From positions 1-64,000 of the forward strand of contig JBDOIF010000041.1 in the NCBI GenBank assembly GCA_041082215.1: a DNA stretch of 64,000 bases, in the 5' to 3' direction. Below, in pieces: positions 18,024-27,365 of this stretch. The stretch is from Anaerolineae bacterium. GTDB lineage: Bacteria; Chloroflexota; Anaerolineae; B4-G1; DUEL01. Positions within the stretch are counted from its first letter, which is position 1; each line of letters starts with the position of its first letter. The notes beneath the pieces were generated by a model. That model saw nothing but the letters and a program-made list of their open reading frames with translations. It did no database searches and was not told where the DNA came from. A program made the position numbers and the translations under genes.

Positions 18024-19334
18024 ATGAACCCAACCATACCCCGCACTCTGATCATCGGCGCCGGCATCGCCGGGATGCAGGCCGCGCTGGATATCGCCAA
18101 CGCTGGCTACGAAGTGGTCCTGGTCGAACGGCTGCCCTCCATCGGTGGGCGGATGGCCCAGCTCTCAGAGACCTTCCCCACGCTGGACTGTTCCCAGTGC
18201 ATCCTCACCCCACGCACCGTCGAGGTGGGCCACCACGACCATATCCAGCTCCTTACTTACTCAGAAGTGGAAGCCATCACCGGTCAGGCCGGCCACTTTC
18301 AGATCCGCATCCGCCGCCATGCCGCCTATGTGGATTGGGACAAATGCACCGGCTGCGGCCTCTGCCAGGAGAAATGCCCGAAGAAAGTGCCCGCCGAATT
18401 CCAGCGGGGGATCGGCCTCCGTAAGGCCATCTACACCCTCTCCCCGCAAGCGGTCCCCAACAAGCCTGTCATAGACCGGGAGAGCTGTATCTTCTTCGAG
18501 AGGGGCAAGTGCCGTGCCTGCGAGAAGTTCTGTCCGGTGGGAGCGATAGACTACGGGCAGGAGGACACCTTCATCGAAACCGAGGTGGGGGCCATTATCC
18601 TGGCGACAGGGTACGACCTCTACAGCCTGGAGAACCTGTCCGAGTACGGCGGCGGCAGGGTTCCGGACGTGATTGATGCCCTGGCCTTTGAGCGTCTCCT
18701 CTCTGCCTCCGGCCCCACCACCGGCAGGATCCTCCGTCCCTCCGACGGACGGGAGGCAAAGGAGATCGTCTTCGTCCAGTGTGCCGGCTCCCGCGCCCCC
18801 GGCCGCTATATGCCCCACTGCTCCAAGGTCTGCTGCATGTACAGCGCCAAGCAGGCCATCCTCTACCGCCACCGGGTCCACGATGGCCAGCCCTACATCT
18901 TCTACATAGATATCCGCTCTCCTGGCAAACAGTACGACGAGTTCGTCCAGCGGGCAATGGAAGAGGAGGGGGTCGTCTATCTGCGGGGGAAGGTCAGCAA
19001 GCTCTTTCGGCAGGACGACCGGGTGGTGGTAATGGGTGCGGACACCCTCACCGGCAGGCAGGTCCGCATCGCTGCCGACCTGGTAGTGGTGGCCCCGGCG
19101 CTGGTCCCCCGGCCCGAGACCCGGCGGCTGGCCCGGATGCTGGGGGTGGAAATAGACGACACCGGCTGGCTTATCCCCGCCAATGGCGACCTGCAGCCGG
19201 TGGAGACCAACCGGCCGGGCATCTTCCTGGCCGGCACTGCTACCGGCCCGATGGACATTCCCGAGACGGTGGCCCATGCCAGCGCCGCCGCTGCCAAGGT
19301 GCTCCAGCTTTTCGCCCGGCGAGGAAATGGCTAA
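18024..19334 (+). CDS. Short heterodisulfide reductase subunit A-like FAD/Fe-S protein
   Basis: IIGAGIAG, TFPTLDCSQCIL, CTGCGLCQEKCP, CRACEKFCP, FERLLSASGPT, VQCAGSR, CSKVCCMY, GPMDIPETV. Confidence 0.88.
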   Translation: MNPTIPRTLIIGAGIAGMQAALDIANAGYEVVLVERLPSIGGRMAQLSETFPTLDCSQCILTPRTVEVGHHDHIQLLTYSEVEAITGQAGHFQIRIRRHAAYVDWDKCTGCGLCQEKCPKKVPAEFQRGIGLRKAIYTLSPQAVPNKPVIDRESCIFFERGKCRACEKFCPVGAIDYGQEDTFIETEVGAIILATGYDLYSLENLSEYGGGRVPDVIDALAFERLLSASGPTTGRILRPSDGREAKEIVFVQCAGSRAPGRYMPHCSKVCCMYSAKQAILYRHRVHDGQPYIFYIDIRSPGKQYDEFVQRAMEEEGVVYLRGKVSKLFRQDDRVVVMGADTLTGRQVRIAADLVVVAPALVPRPETRRLARMLGVEIDDTGWLIPANGDLQPVETNRPGIFLAGTATGPMDIPETVAHASAAAAKVLQLFARRGNG

Positions 19335-20608
19335 TCGGCCTTCGCCAGCGCCACCTGCAGCTCATCCAGCGTGGTGATCCGGGCAATCCGGGCCAGGAAG
19401 GCCCGGAGAGAACCGCTTTGCTCCCGTAACTGCCGCACTGCCGGCCCGATAGGGTCCTCCCCGGCAGCTCCCGGCTCGTCGGCATAGGAGCCGTGGAAGG
19501 CGAAGTAGGCCTGGTTCAGCTTCCGGATCCTGTAACCGTTCTCCCAGAAGAACTGGCGGCGCTCCTCCATATATCGCTCCGCCTCCTCCACCCGGCCCTC
19601 CGCCAGCAGCCGGTCCACCTCCACGCGCGTCCGGTGCATCTCCGCCCGGAAGTCAAAGGCCGGGGGCTCCGGCTCCACCTCAGCCTGAGGAGAGGATACC
19701 GGAGGGGGAGGCGGCAGCAGGTCGGGATAGTACCGGGCCAGCACCGCCCGCCCCAACTCCTTTCCCACGATTGAGGCAGTCGTCTCGTTGATCGTCCGTG
19801 TCTCCTGGCCCCGATCGTAATTCCACCCCAGGGGGTAGAAATCGAGGTAGTGATGGGTCCACTCGTGGGCAGCCACTTCCACCACCCAGGCCAGGTCCGG
19901 GTGCTCCAGTATCATCGCTGGCCAGGCGGACATGCCGCCGATCGGCGTCACCAGCGAGGAAACATCGAGGGTCCCATCTACCTGCGCCTCCAGTTCCTCC
20001 TGGCGGGCTACCTCCAGGCCGGGCTGGAGGTCCTGCTGGCAGATCGTCTCGATCCGCTCGCGAGGAGAAATGATAAGAAAGTAGGGAAGGGGCGTGAAAC
20101 GGACGCCCACCTGGGGAAAAGGCTGCCCCAGATAGGCCAGCCCCTCCTGGGCCAGGATCACTCCCACCTGTTCCTCAATAACCGCCTCGACCACCGGCTG
20201 ACGGGCCATCAGCTCCGCCCGCACCCGCTCCCACTCCGCCCTCATCCCGGCTGTTGCCGCGTCGGGGTCTGTCACCTCCGGGTCGGCGTAGATCCACTCA
20301 ATTTGCGCCTGTAGCAGCCACACCTGCCCCAGCCGGGCCTCGTAGCGTCGGACCAGGGCCGCGCGATCCGGCTCCCGCATGTACCGCTGGGGCTGGAGGA
20401 GCCAGTAGACGAACTTGGAGCTGACCGCTTCCGCCTCCCATCCCCAGAAGTCGAAGCGGACATCGGCGACGAGCCGGTTCACTTTCGTGGAGAGGGCAGA
20501 GGGCGGCGGTCCATCCCTTTCGACCAGCAGCGCCAGCAGCGCCAGAAACAGGAAAAGGAAAGGACGCCGAAGCAACCAGCGGATCAGCCGACCAGGTCTC
20601 GTGAACAT
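19331..20608 (-). CDS. Membrane-anchored hypothetical protein with an HExxH motif (putative Zn peptidase)
   Basis: N-terminal hydrophobic segment; AAHEWTHHY followed by INETTA. Confidence 0.6.
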   Translation of the reverse strand: MFTRPGRLIRWLLRRPFLFLFLALLALLVERDGPPPSALSTKVNRLVADVRFDFWGWEAEAVSSKFVYWLLQPQRYMREPDRAALVRRYEARLGQVWLLQAQIEWIYADPEVTDPDAATAGMRAEWERVRAELMARQPVVEAVIEEQVGVILAQEGLAYLGQPFPQVGVRFTPLPYFLIISPRERIETICQQDLQPGLEVARQEELEAQVDGTLDVSSLVTPIGGMSAWPAMILEHPDLAWVVEVAAHEWTHHYLDFYPLGWNYDRGQETRTINETTASIVGKELGRAVLARYYPDLLPPPPPVSSPQAEVEPEPPAFDFRAEMHRTRVEVDRLLAEGRVEEAERYMEERRQFFWENGYRIRKLNQAYFAFHGSYADEPGAAGEDPIGPAVRQLREQSGSLRAFLARIARITTLDELQVALAKAD

Positions 20609-20647
20609 GAACTTTTCACCACCCCGCGTCCCCCCGCCTCCGCGTCT

Positions 20648-23164
20648 CTATAACTGCCCTCCTCCCCGCAACGCAGCCCCCAGCTCCCGCTCCAGCCGCC
20701 GGACGATCTTATTCCGTATCCGGGCTACTTCCTCGTCCGTCAGCGTCCGGTCGTCCGCCTGGTAGGTGAGACGGTAGGCCAGGCTCTTGCGCCCCTTCCC
20801 CACCTGCTCGCCCCGGTAGACGTCGAACAGGACCACCGAACGGACCAGCGGCTGGCCGGTCTGGACGATGAGCTCCTGCACCCGCACCGCCGGCACTCCC
20901 TCTTCCACCACCACTGCCAGGTCCTCATAGACCGGTGGGTGGAGGGAGACAGGGGCCATCTCCCGTGGTGCGCCCCATCCGGCCAGGAGCTGGTCCAGAT
21001 CGAACTCCAGGGCACAGACCGGCTGGGGCGGCAGGTCGAAAGCTTCCCGCGTCAGCGGATGCAGCTCACCCATCGTCCCCACTGCCTCTCCGCCGACCCG
21101 CACCCGGGCACAGCGGCCGGGGTGGAAGGCCGGGTCCTCCGCCGGCTCAAAGCTTCCCTCCAGCCCCAGCCGGGCCAGCAGCGTCTCCACCACCCCCTTG
21201 AGGTCGTAAAAGCCCATCGGCGATCGGTCCTGCCCCTCCAGCCAGGACCGGGCCTCGCGGGGGCCGGTCATCACCACGCCGAGCCTCCGCGGCTCACAGG
21301 GGAGCATCTGCCCCTCCACCGGCAGGTAGACAGCGCCGATCTCGAAGATCGCCACCCGGTCCAGAAAGCGCAGGTTCTCCTGCACAGTGCGGAGGAGGGA
21401 GGGGAGGAGGGTCTGCCGCAGGTAAGCCCGCTCCGCCGAGAGCGGGTTGCGCACCCGCAGATAGGAAGCCGGGTCCGGCGGATGGCTGCCGGGCCGCAGA
21501 CGGGCCTCATCCCCAATCTCCACCAGCGAATAGGTGATCACCTCGTCCAGTCCGCAACCCACCAGGATATCCCGCACCCGCTCTGCCCCCTCCAGGCCAG
21601 GATTGGCCCGCTGCGGCGGAAGCTCATCCCGCATCAGGGTCGTCGGGAAGCGATCATACCCCCAGACGCGCCCCAGCTCCTCTACCAGATCAACGGGCCG
21701 GGTGACATCGAGGCGGTGGGAGGGGATCAGAACGTTGAGGGCTTCCGATTCGCCAGCGACTGAAACCCCGAATTCCAGCGATTCCAGGATGTGCACCATT
21801 TCCTCAACGGGGAGCTCGATCCCCAGGATGCGGTTGGCGTAGGCGGGGTCGAGCCGGATCGTCCGCTGCGGCTGACGGCCGGGGTAGAGGTCGCCCATCA
21901 CCGGGACGACCTCTCCGCCGCCCAGCTCCGCCATCAGGTGGGCCGCCCGGGCCGCTGCCTTAACCGTCAGCTCCGGGTCAACCCGCCGACCGAACCGGTT
22001 GCCGGACTCGGTGGAGAGTCCCAGCATACGGGAGGTGCGGCGGACGTTAAGGAAGTGGAAATTGGCGGACTCAAGGAGGACGTCGGTGGTGGCGTCGGTG
22101 ACCTCACTCTCCAGCCCGCCCATCACACCGGCCACGGCCACCGGTCCGCCTCCATCGGTGATGAGCAGCATCTCCCCGTCGAAAGTGCGCAGCTCCCCGT
22201 CCAGGGTGGCCATCTGCTCGCCGGGGCGGGCGCGGCGCACGATGATGGCCGGCCGCTCCTCCCCCGGCCGTGGCCGGAGGACGTGGTAGTCGAAAGCGTG
22301 GAGGGGCTGGCCCAGTTCCAGCATCACATAGTTGGTCACGTCCACGATGTTATTGATGGGGCGCATCCCGGCCAGGCGGAGCCGCATCTGCATCCAGAAT
22401 GGGGAAGGGGCGACCTTCAGCCCCCGGATGAAGGCGGCCGAGTAGCGGGGGCAGAGGTCGGGATCGGCGATCTCCAGATAGACGAAACCCGGATCGGGGG
22501 TCAGCTCCGCCGGGTGCTTTTCCAGCACTTCCATCGCATCCCGCCGGAGGGGGACGTCCAGCAGCGCTGCCGTCTCACGGGCGATGCCGAAGACGGACTG
22601 GAGGTGGCCGAAGGGGCCTTTGACGTCGAACTCCAGTATGGCGTCTCCCAGGTAGTCGGCCAGGGGCACGCCGACGGGGGCATCGTCAGGAAGGTAGATG
22701 ATGTCCTCGTGCTCGTCGGAAAGACCCAGCTCCTTCTCTGAACAGACCATCGCCCGGGAAGGGACGCCACGGATCTTGCTCCTTTTCAGCTTCATCACCT
22801 GGCGGCCCTCGGCGTGGCCGTCGTAGATGGTGGCGCCTTCCAGAGCGAAGGCCACTTTAAGGTGCAGGCCGCTCTGGCCCCGGCGTGCCAGCAGGCTGGG
22901 CGCGCCGGTGACGACCACCTCTGGCTCCGGGCCACCGTACACCACCTCCGCCAGCACGAGCCGGTCGGCGTCCGGGTGGGGGAGGACGGCCCGCAGTTCC
23001 CCCACCACAATCCGTTCCCGATCCCAGGGCAACTCTGCCCCTGGCAGGCCGATATAAGTGATCGTCTCCACCTCCAGACCAGCCAGCGTCAGCCGCTCGG
23101 CCAGCTCTGGCACGGGTAGAGAAATCTCCACATACTCATTGAGCCAGCTCAACGGTACTTTCAT
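20648..23164 (-). CDS. pheT: Phenylalanine--tRNA ligase beta subunit
   Basis: MKVPLSWL, HPDADRL, RPINNIVDVTNYVMLELGQPLHAFD, C-terminal FDX-ACB (FDVYRGEQV...KSLAYRL). Confidence 0.97.
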   Translation of the reverse strand: MKVPLSWLNEYVEISLPVPELAERLTLAGLEVETITYIGLPGAELPWDRERIVVGELRAVLPHPDADRLVLAEVVYGGPEPEVVVTGAPSLLARRGQSGLHLKVAFALEGATIYDGHAEGRQVMKLKRSKIRGVPSRAMVCSEKELGLSDEHEDIIYLPDDAPVGVPLADYLGDAILEFDVKGPFGHLQSVFGIARETAALLDVPLRRDAMEVLEKHPAELTPDPGFVYLEIADPDLCPRYSAAFIRGLKVAPSPFWMQMRLRLAGMRPINNIVDVTNYVMLELGQPLHAFDYHVLRPRPGEERPAIIVRRARPGEQMATLDGELRTFDGEMLLITDGGGPVAVAGVMGGLESEVTDATTDVLLESANFHFLNVRRTSRMLGLSTESGNRFGRRVDPELTVKAAARAAHLMAELGGGEVVPVMGDLYPGRQPQRTIRLDPAYANRILGIELPVEEMVHILESLEFGVSVAGESEALNVLIPSHRLDVTRPVDLVEELGRVWGYDRFPTTLMRDELPPQRANPGLEGAERVRDILVGCGLDEVITYSLVEIGDEARLRPGSHPPDPASYLRVRNPLSAERAYLRQTLLPSLLRTVQENLRFLDRVAIFEIGAVYLPVEGQMLPCEPRRLGVVMTGPREARSWLEGQDRSPMGFYDLKGVVETLLARLGLEGSFEPAEDPAFHPGRCARVRVGGEAVGTMGELHPLTREAFDLPPQPVCALEFDLDQLLAGWGAPREMAPVSLHPPVYEDLAVVVEEGVPAVRVQELIVQTGQPLVRSVVLFDVYRGEQVGKGRKSLAYRLTYQADDRTLTDEEVARIRNKIVRRLERELGAALRGGGQL

Positions 23165-23192
23165 CGGCTCCTCTCCTCAATAAGACCATCCT

Positions 23193-23288
23193 CACCACAG
23201 ATGTACGGAAGGCACAGAGAAAGATCGGGATGCTTTCAGAACCTTTGCGAAACTCCGTGTTCTCCGCATCTCTGCGTCCCCGTGTCTC
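23193..23288. repeat. Octamer/nonamer intergenic repeat with imperfect hairpin between pheS and pheT
   Basis: accacagatgtacggaaggcacagag ... ccgtgttc tccgcatc tctgcgtc cccgtgtc; related inverted copy at 24341-24366. Confidence 0.55.
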
Positions 23289-24311
23289 CTAGAACTGCCT
23301 CAGGAACCGCAGGTCGTTGCGGTAGAACTGACGGATGTCGTCTATGCCATACTTGAGCATCGCCGGCCGTTCCACCCCCAGGCCGAAAGCAAAGCCGCTC
23401 CACTCTTCGGGGTCGTAACCGCCGTTCAGGAGCACCACCGGATGGACCATTCCGGCGCCGGCGATTTCCAGCCAGCCGGAATACTTGCACACCCGGCATC
23501 CCCTCCCGCCACAGAGGATGCAATCCATATCCGCCTCGATGGAAGGTTCGGTGAAGGGGAAGTAGGAGCCGCGGATACGGATGCGCCGCTCGGCCCCGTA
23601 GAGGCGACGGGCAAACTCCGTCAGCGTGCCGATCAGGTCGGTCATCGTGATCGCCCGGCCCACTGCCAGCCCTTCGACCTGATAGAACTGGTGCTCGGAG
23701 CGGGCGGTGACCTGCTCGTACCGGTAACACTTGCCGGGGAGGATGACCCGGATCGGTTCCGGGTACCGTTCTCGCATCACCCGGATCTGGCCTGGCGAGG
23801 TGTGGGTGCGCAGGAGAAGCTGATCGCTGATCCAGAAGGTGTCCCACATGTCCCGGGCCGGGTGGTGGGGCGGCATGTTCAGCAGGCCAAAGTTCAACTC
23901 GTCGGTCTCCACGTCGGGGGCTTCGTAGACCTGGAAACCCATCTCGGCGAAGATGGCGATGATCTGCCGCAGGGTCTGGGTGGTGATATGGAGATGGCCT
24001 GGCCCCACGGGCCGTCCCGGCAGGGTGACGTCCAGCCGCTCCTCCTCCAGGAGCCGGTCCAGCATCGCCCGGCGAACCCCCTCCTTTCGGCTCTCGTAGG
24101 CTGCTTCGAGGGCCTGTTTGAGCCGGTTGGCCCGCTGACCGGCTGCAGGCCGTTCCTCCCTGGGCAGCTCGCCGATGGACCGGAGGGCAAGCGTCACCGC
24201 TCCCTTTCGCCCCAGGTAGGCGCGGTACCATTCATCCAGTGCCGCCTCGTCCTCTGCCCTTTCCAGCGAAGCCAGCGCTTCTTTTTCCAGTTGGTCGAAT
24301 TGCTCCAGCAT
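23289..24311 (-). CDS. pheS: Phenylalanine--tRNA ligase alpha subunit
   Basis: Start ATG 24311 (MLEQFD) after SD; HPARDMWDTF, LRTHTSPGQ, FPFTEPS, GFAFGLGVER. Confidence 0.97.
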   Translation of the reverse strand: MLEQFDQLEKEALASLERAEDEAALDEWYRAYLGRKGAVTLALRSIGELPREERPAAGQRANRLKQALEAAYESRKEGVRRAMLDRLLEEERLDVTLPGRPVGPGHLHITTQTLRQIIAIFAEMGFQVYEAPDVETDELNFGLLNMPPHHPARDMWDTFWISDQLLLRTHTSPGQIRVMRERYPEPIRVILPGKCYRYEQVTARSEHQFYQVEGLAVGRAITMTDLIGTLTEFARRLYGAERRIRIRGSYFPFTEPSIEADMDCILCGGRGCRVCKYSGWLEIAGAGMVHPVVLLNGGYDPEEWSGFAFGLGVERPAMLKYGIDDIRQFYRNDLRFLRQF

Positions 24312-24369
24312 CAGCCCCTCTCCTTTGTGATAAGGACCCCCTCTGTGCTCTCTGAGTCTCCGTGGTAAG

Positions 24370-24685
24370 ACAAACGACAAACGCCCTCGTCCCTGGGGAC
24401 GAGAGCGTTTCAACCCCCGTGGTACCACCCCACTTGGCTCCAGAGGAGCCCCCTCATTCCACCGACGGCGCTTAAAGGCGCGATCGGCTGCCCTGATAAC
24501 GCAGGGCCTGCGGAACGGGCTACTTACTCGCCGCCAGCCGCCAGCAACCAGCAACCAGTTTCACCCGTCGGCTCAGGAGCGAACTTCGGCGGGCTTCGTT
24601 CGGGCAGGGCTTTCAGTCCAGGGCCCTGCCTCCCTGGAGACCCGAAGGTCCCGCTTACTCCTCTCCGTCACAGCCTTTTGCTCTG
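24370..24685 (-). ncRNA. T-box riboswitch (Phe specifier) upstream of pheST
   Basis: Minus strand: stem I with GGAGUA and CUGAAAG motifs, specifier loop GAAG-TTC (24581-24583), T-box GGTGGTACCACG (24418-24429), terminator hairpin with T tail (24372-24410). Extended -10 TGGTATACT at about 24721-24729. Confidence 0.9.
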
Positions 24686-24766
24686 CTCTATGCTTTCAAG
24701 ATCAGATGAGGTTGGGCATAAGTATACCACAAGAACCCGATATTGGGTAGCCCGCCGCAACTGCTA

Positions 24767-24837
24767 TCGGGCCATTTGTGGGATTCGCGATCCACCGGCG
24801 GGCGAGAGGGCCACTCGCCCCGAAATTGAAATGCGCC
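24767..24837 (+). mobile_element. MITE-like repeat, copy 3 (right end with terminal inverted repeat)
   Basis: tcgggccatttgtgggattcgcgatccac shared with copies 1 and 2; ends CTCGCCCCGAAATTGAAATGCGCC, 20/24 complementary to the left end of those copies. Confidence 0.65.
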
Positions 24838-24893
24838 CGTAACTGCCCACGCCCCACCATTCCTTTCCCCCTTCGGGCAGGGGGGATGAGGGG

Positions 24894-26210
24894 TTAAGAT
24901 CCGCCGCCAACGCGCACCAATTTCGCGCCCGGCGGCTCGGTGACCAGCCCCAGCGGGGCAAGAAGGAGCACTCCGTCTGCCGGAGCCAGCCGGCCAAAGA
25001 TGGCTGCTACCGGCTGGCGAGTCAAAGCGGTCAGGATACGCCAGCCTTCGGATAGAGGGATGGCCTGTCCTTCAGCGTCCATGAGATGGACCCCGGTTCC
25101 ATCTACAAAGAACCGTGTCGGCGCAAAGAAGGCATACGCCTCTGGCGCTGCGAGCGGATGGGCCGCGGCTGCCTGAAATTGTCGGAACAGGTTCGCCGTC
25201 GAACGCTCGGCGTGCATCAGGGCCTGTTGCCAGTCGTCGTCGGTCAGCGGTGACTCGGCTATCTCCAGCAGTTTGATCCGGCGCGGTGGCGGCCCGGGAT
25301 AGAGGCCGACATTTCCCTCCAGCCGCCCGCTGTAGGATGGCTTGGGCGCTCGTCTCTTCAGTTGCGCGGGGATGATCTGTTTTTCGGTATAGAGCGAGCC
25401 GTCGTCCAGGCTGAGCAGAAAGCTGGTGTCCACGATGAAGCCAGTCTCGAGCGCGACCGTCTCATAGGCCAGTTCCACCAGGCGCACGCCTTCCCGCAGC
25501 TCCAGATCGCCCTCGCGCCAGGTCTTGCCGACCAGTTCATCGAGGAATGTCGGATCGGCAGCGGGGTCCTGGAGCGCATGGCGGGTGGCCTGCAAGGTCA
25601 ACCAGGCTCCGCTCAGGAGCTCAGCGTAGGCTCTTTCATCCAGTCGCCCGGGATCTTTCAACGCGGCCTGAAGCATAACGCCGAGCCGTCCCACCAGCCG
25701 GGCCATACGCCGCAATTTGTGTGACTCGACAGTGTGTGCCAGATCGGTTACCCGCGTCACCTGGGCCTCGGTCAGCGAGAGCAGCCCATAGGTTGTCAGC
25801 TCCACCAGCAGCGCCTCGACCTTGTCCAGCCCTTCCATCTGCACCTGACGCACGTCGGCTTTAGGCCTGGGGGTGCGGCGCACCTGGCCCTGGGGCCTGG
25901 CGGCAGCAGGCGCCTCGCCCATCACAAAGCGCTCCGGCGCGCGTGCCCAGGCAATGAGCACTGCTGCGACATGCTTGCAGAAGGGCCGCCTGCGGTGCGC
26001 CGGGCAGGTGCAGCGAGGCACAAACTGATCCCCTTCCAGCGTAAGGCTCACCTGATAGGGCCTGTCCCCCGACCCGGCGACCAGCGCGTGCAGGCTGGTC
26101 CCGGTTTGCCAGGTATCGGATATCCTGTTCTGGTTGAAATATACCTCACCGCTGCGGTAATCGTCGGGCAGACAAAGCGACTGGACCTGATGGTCGGTCA
26201 TCCGCTTCAT
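24894..26210 (-). CDS. SWIM zinc-finger protein (YehQ-like)
   Basis: CTCPAHRRRPFCKH SWIM motif; ATGA overlap with the vWA gene stop places the start at 26210. Confidence 0.85.
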   Translation of the reverse strand: MKRMTDHQVQSLCLPDDYRSGEVYFNQNRISDTWQTGTSLHALVAGSGDRPYQVSLTLEGDQFVPRCTCPAHRRRPFCKHVAAVLIAWARAPERFVMGEAPAAARPQGQVRRTPRPKADVRQVQMEGLDKVEALLVELTTYGLLSLTEAQVTRVTDLAHTVESHKLRRMARLVGRLGVMLQAALKDPGRLDERAYAELLSGAWLTLQATRHALQDPAADPTFLDELVGKTWREGDLELREGVRLVELAYETVALETGFIVDTSFLLSLDDGSLYTEKQIIPAQLKRRAPKPSYSGRLEGNVGLYPGPPPRRIKLLEIAESPLTDDDWQQALMHAERSTANLFRQFQAAAAHPLAAPEAYAFFAPTRFFVDGTGVHLMDAEGQAIPLSEGWRILTALTRQPVAAIFGRLAPADGVLLLAPLGLVTEPPGAKLVRVGGGS

Positions 26211-27361
26211 CGGGCGATTTCTCTCCCTTTCAACACATCCTCGATCAGTTCCACCAGCCTGTTGGGTGTACAACTAAAGGTGGGGATATCAAGCGCGCGC
26301 ACCCGGCGGGCCAGGTCGCGGTTGAACGAGGGCCGTCCGCTGTCATCCAGCGCCAGCAGGCAGAGCACGCGCACGTGGCTTTCAACCAGCGCACCCAGAT
26401 GGCGCAGCAACGTTTCTGCGTCACCCCCTTCGTACAGGTCGGAGATCAGGATCAAGAGCGTCTTCTCCGGCTGGAGCACCAGGTCGGCAGCGTAGCCGAC
26501 GGCGCGGGCGATGTCGGTGCCGCCTCCCAATTGTGCGCCGAAGAGCAAGTCCACCGGGTCGTCCAGCACGTCGGTCATATCGGCCACCTGGGTATCGAAG
26601 AAGATAAGGTGGGTGCGCAACGCATCAAGTGAGGCAAAGATGGCAGCCATGATGGAGGCGTAGACCACCGAATTCGCCATCGAGCCGGATTGATCCACAC
26701 ACAGGATGATCTGCCACTCGCGCAGGCGACGCTGGTTGGCCCAGAAGTAAAGGCGCTCCGGCACAAGCACCCGCCTGGTGGGATCATAATGCTTAAGATT
26801 GCGCTCGATGGTGCGTTTCCAGTCCAGGTTGCGGTAGACCGGCAGCGCCGAGCGGCGGTTGCGGGCCAGCGCTCCGATCACTGCCTGGCGAATTTGCGGC
26901 TCCAGTTTCCTGCGGACCTGCTCCACGATTTCGCGCACCACCTGACGGGCGGTCTCTTTGACCTCGTCGGGGATCATCGCCTGCAACGAGATGAGCGCCG
27001 CCACCAGGTCCACGTTCTTTTCGAGTTTGGGCAGCGTCTCTTTCTCAAAGAGCAACTGGCGCAGGCCGCGCCGCTCGATGGCATCCTTCTGCACCATCGC
27101 CACCACGTCGGTGGGGAAGTACCGGCGCACGTCGCCGAGCCAGCGCGGGATGTTGGGCAACGACGCCCCTGCACCGCCCGGCCCCTTTTCGCCGCCGTAG
27201 ACCAGTTCGAGCGCGTCGTCCAGGCCAAACACGTCCTGCTCCGGCGTGATGGGGGCCAGGCTTGCCAGGACCATCCCGCCGCCGAGGGCGCGCTCGGCCT
27301 TGCGGCCCAGCACCAGCCGCCAGCGCAACAGCGCGCGTTGCTGTTCGGCCGTCAGCTCCAT
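26207..27361 (-). CDS. vWA domain protein (YehP / CoxE-like)
   Basis: RWRLVLG, RWLGDVRRYFP, MIDAS DQSGSM, GGGTDI, ISDLYEG. Confidence 0.9.
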   Translation of the reverse strand: MELTAEQQRALLRWRLVLGRKAERALGGGMVLASLAPITPEQDVFGLDDALELVYGGEKGPGGAGASLPNIPRWLGDVRRYFPTDVVAMVQKDAIERRGLRQLLFEKETLPKLEKNVDLVAALISLQAMIPDEVKETARQVVREIVEQVRRKLEPQIRQAVIGALARNRRSALPVYRNLDWKRTIERNLKHYDPTRRVLVPERLYFWANQRRLREWQIILCVDQSGSMANSVVYASIMAAIFASLDALRTHLIFFDTQVADMTDVLDDPVDLLFGAQLGGGTDIARAVGYAADLVLQPEKTLLILISDLYEGGDAETLLRHLGALVESHVRVLCLLALDDSGRPSFNRDLARRVRALDIPTFSCTPNRLVELIEDVLKGREIAR

Positions 27362-27365
27362 CGCC

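Noticed and set aside
23289..24554. N-terminally extended starts in the ORF track (pheS, helicase, cbiO, korD, elp3, ndk)
   Set aside because: Extensions run through the T-box, repeats or neighbouring genes; downstream starts fit SDs or family N-termini better.
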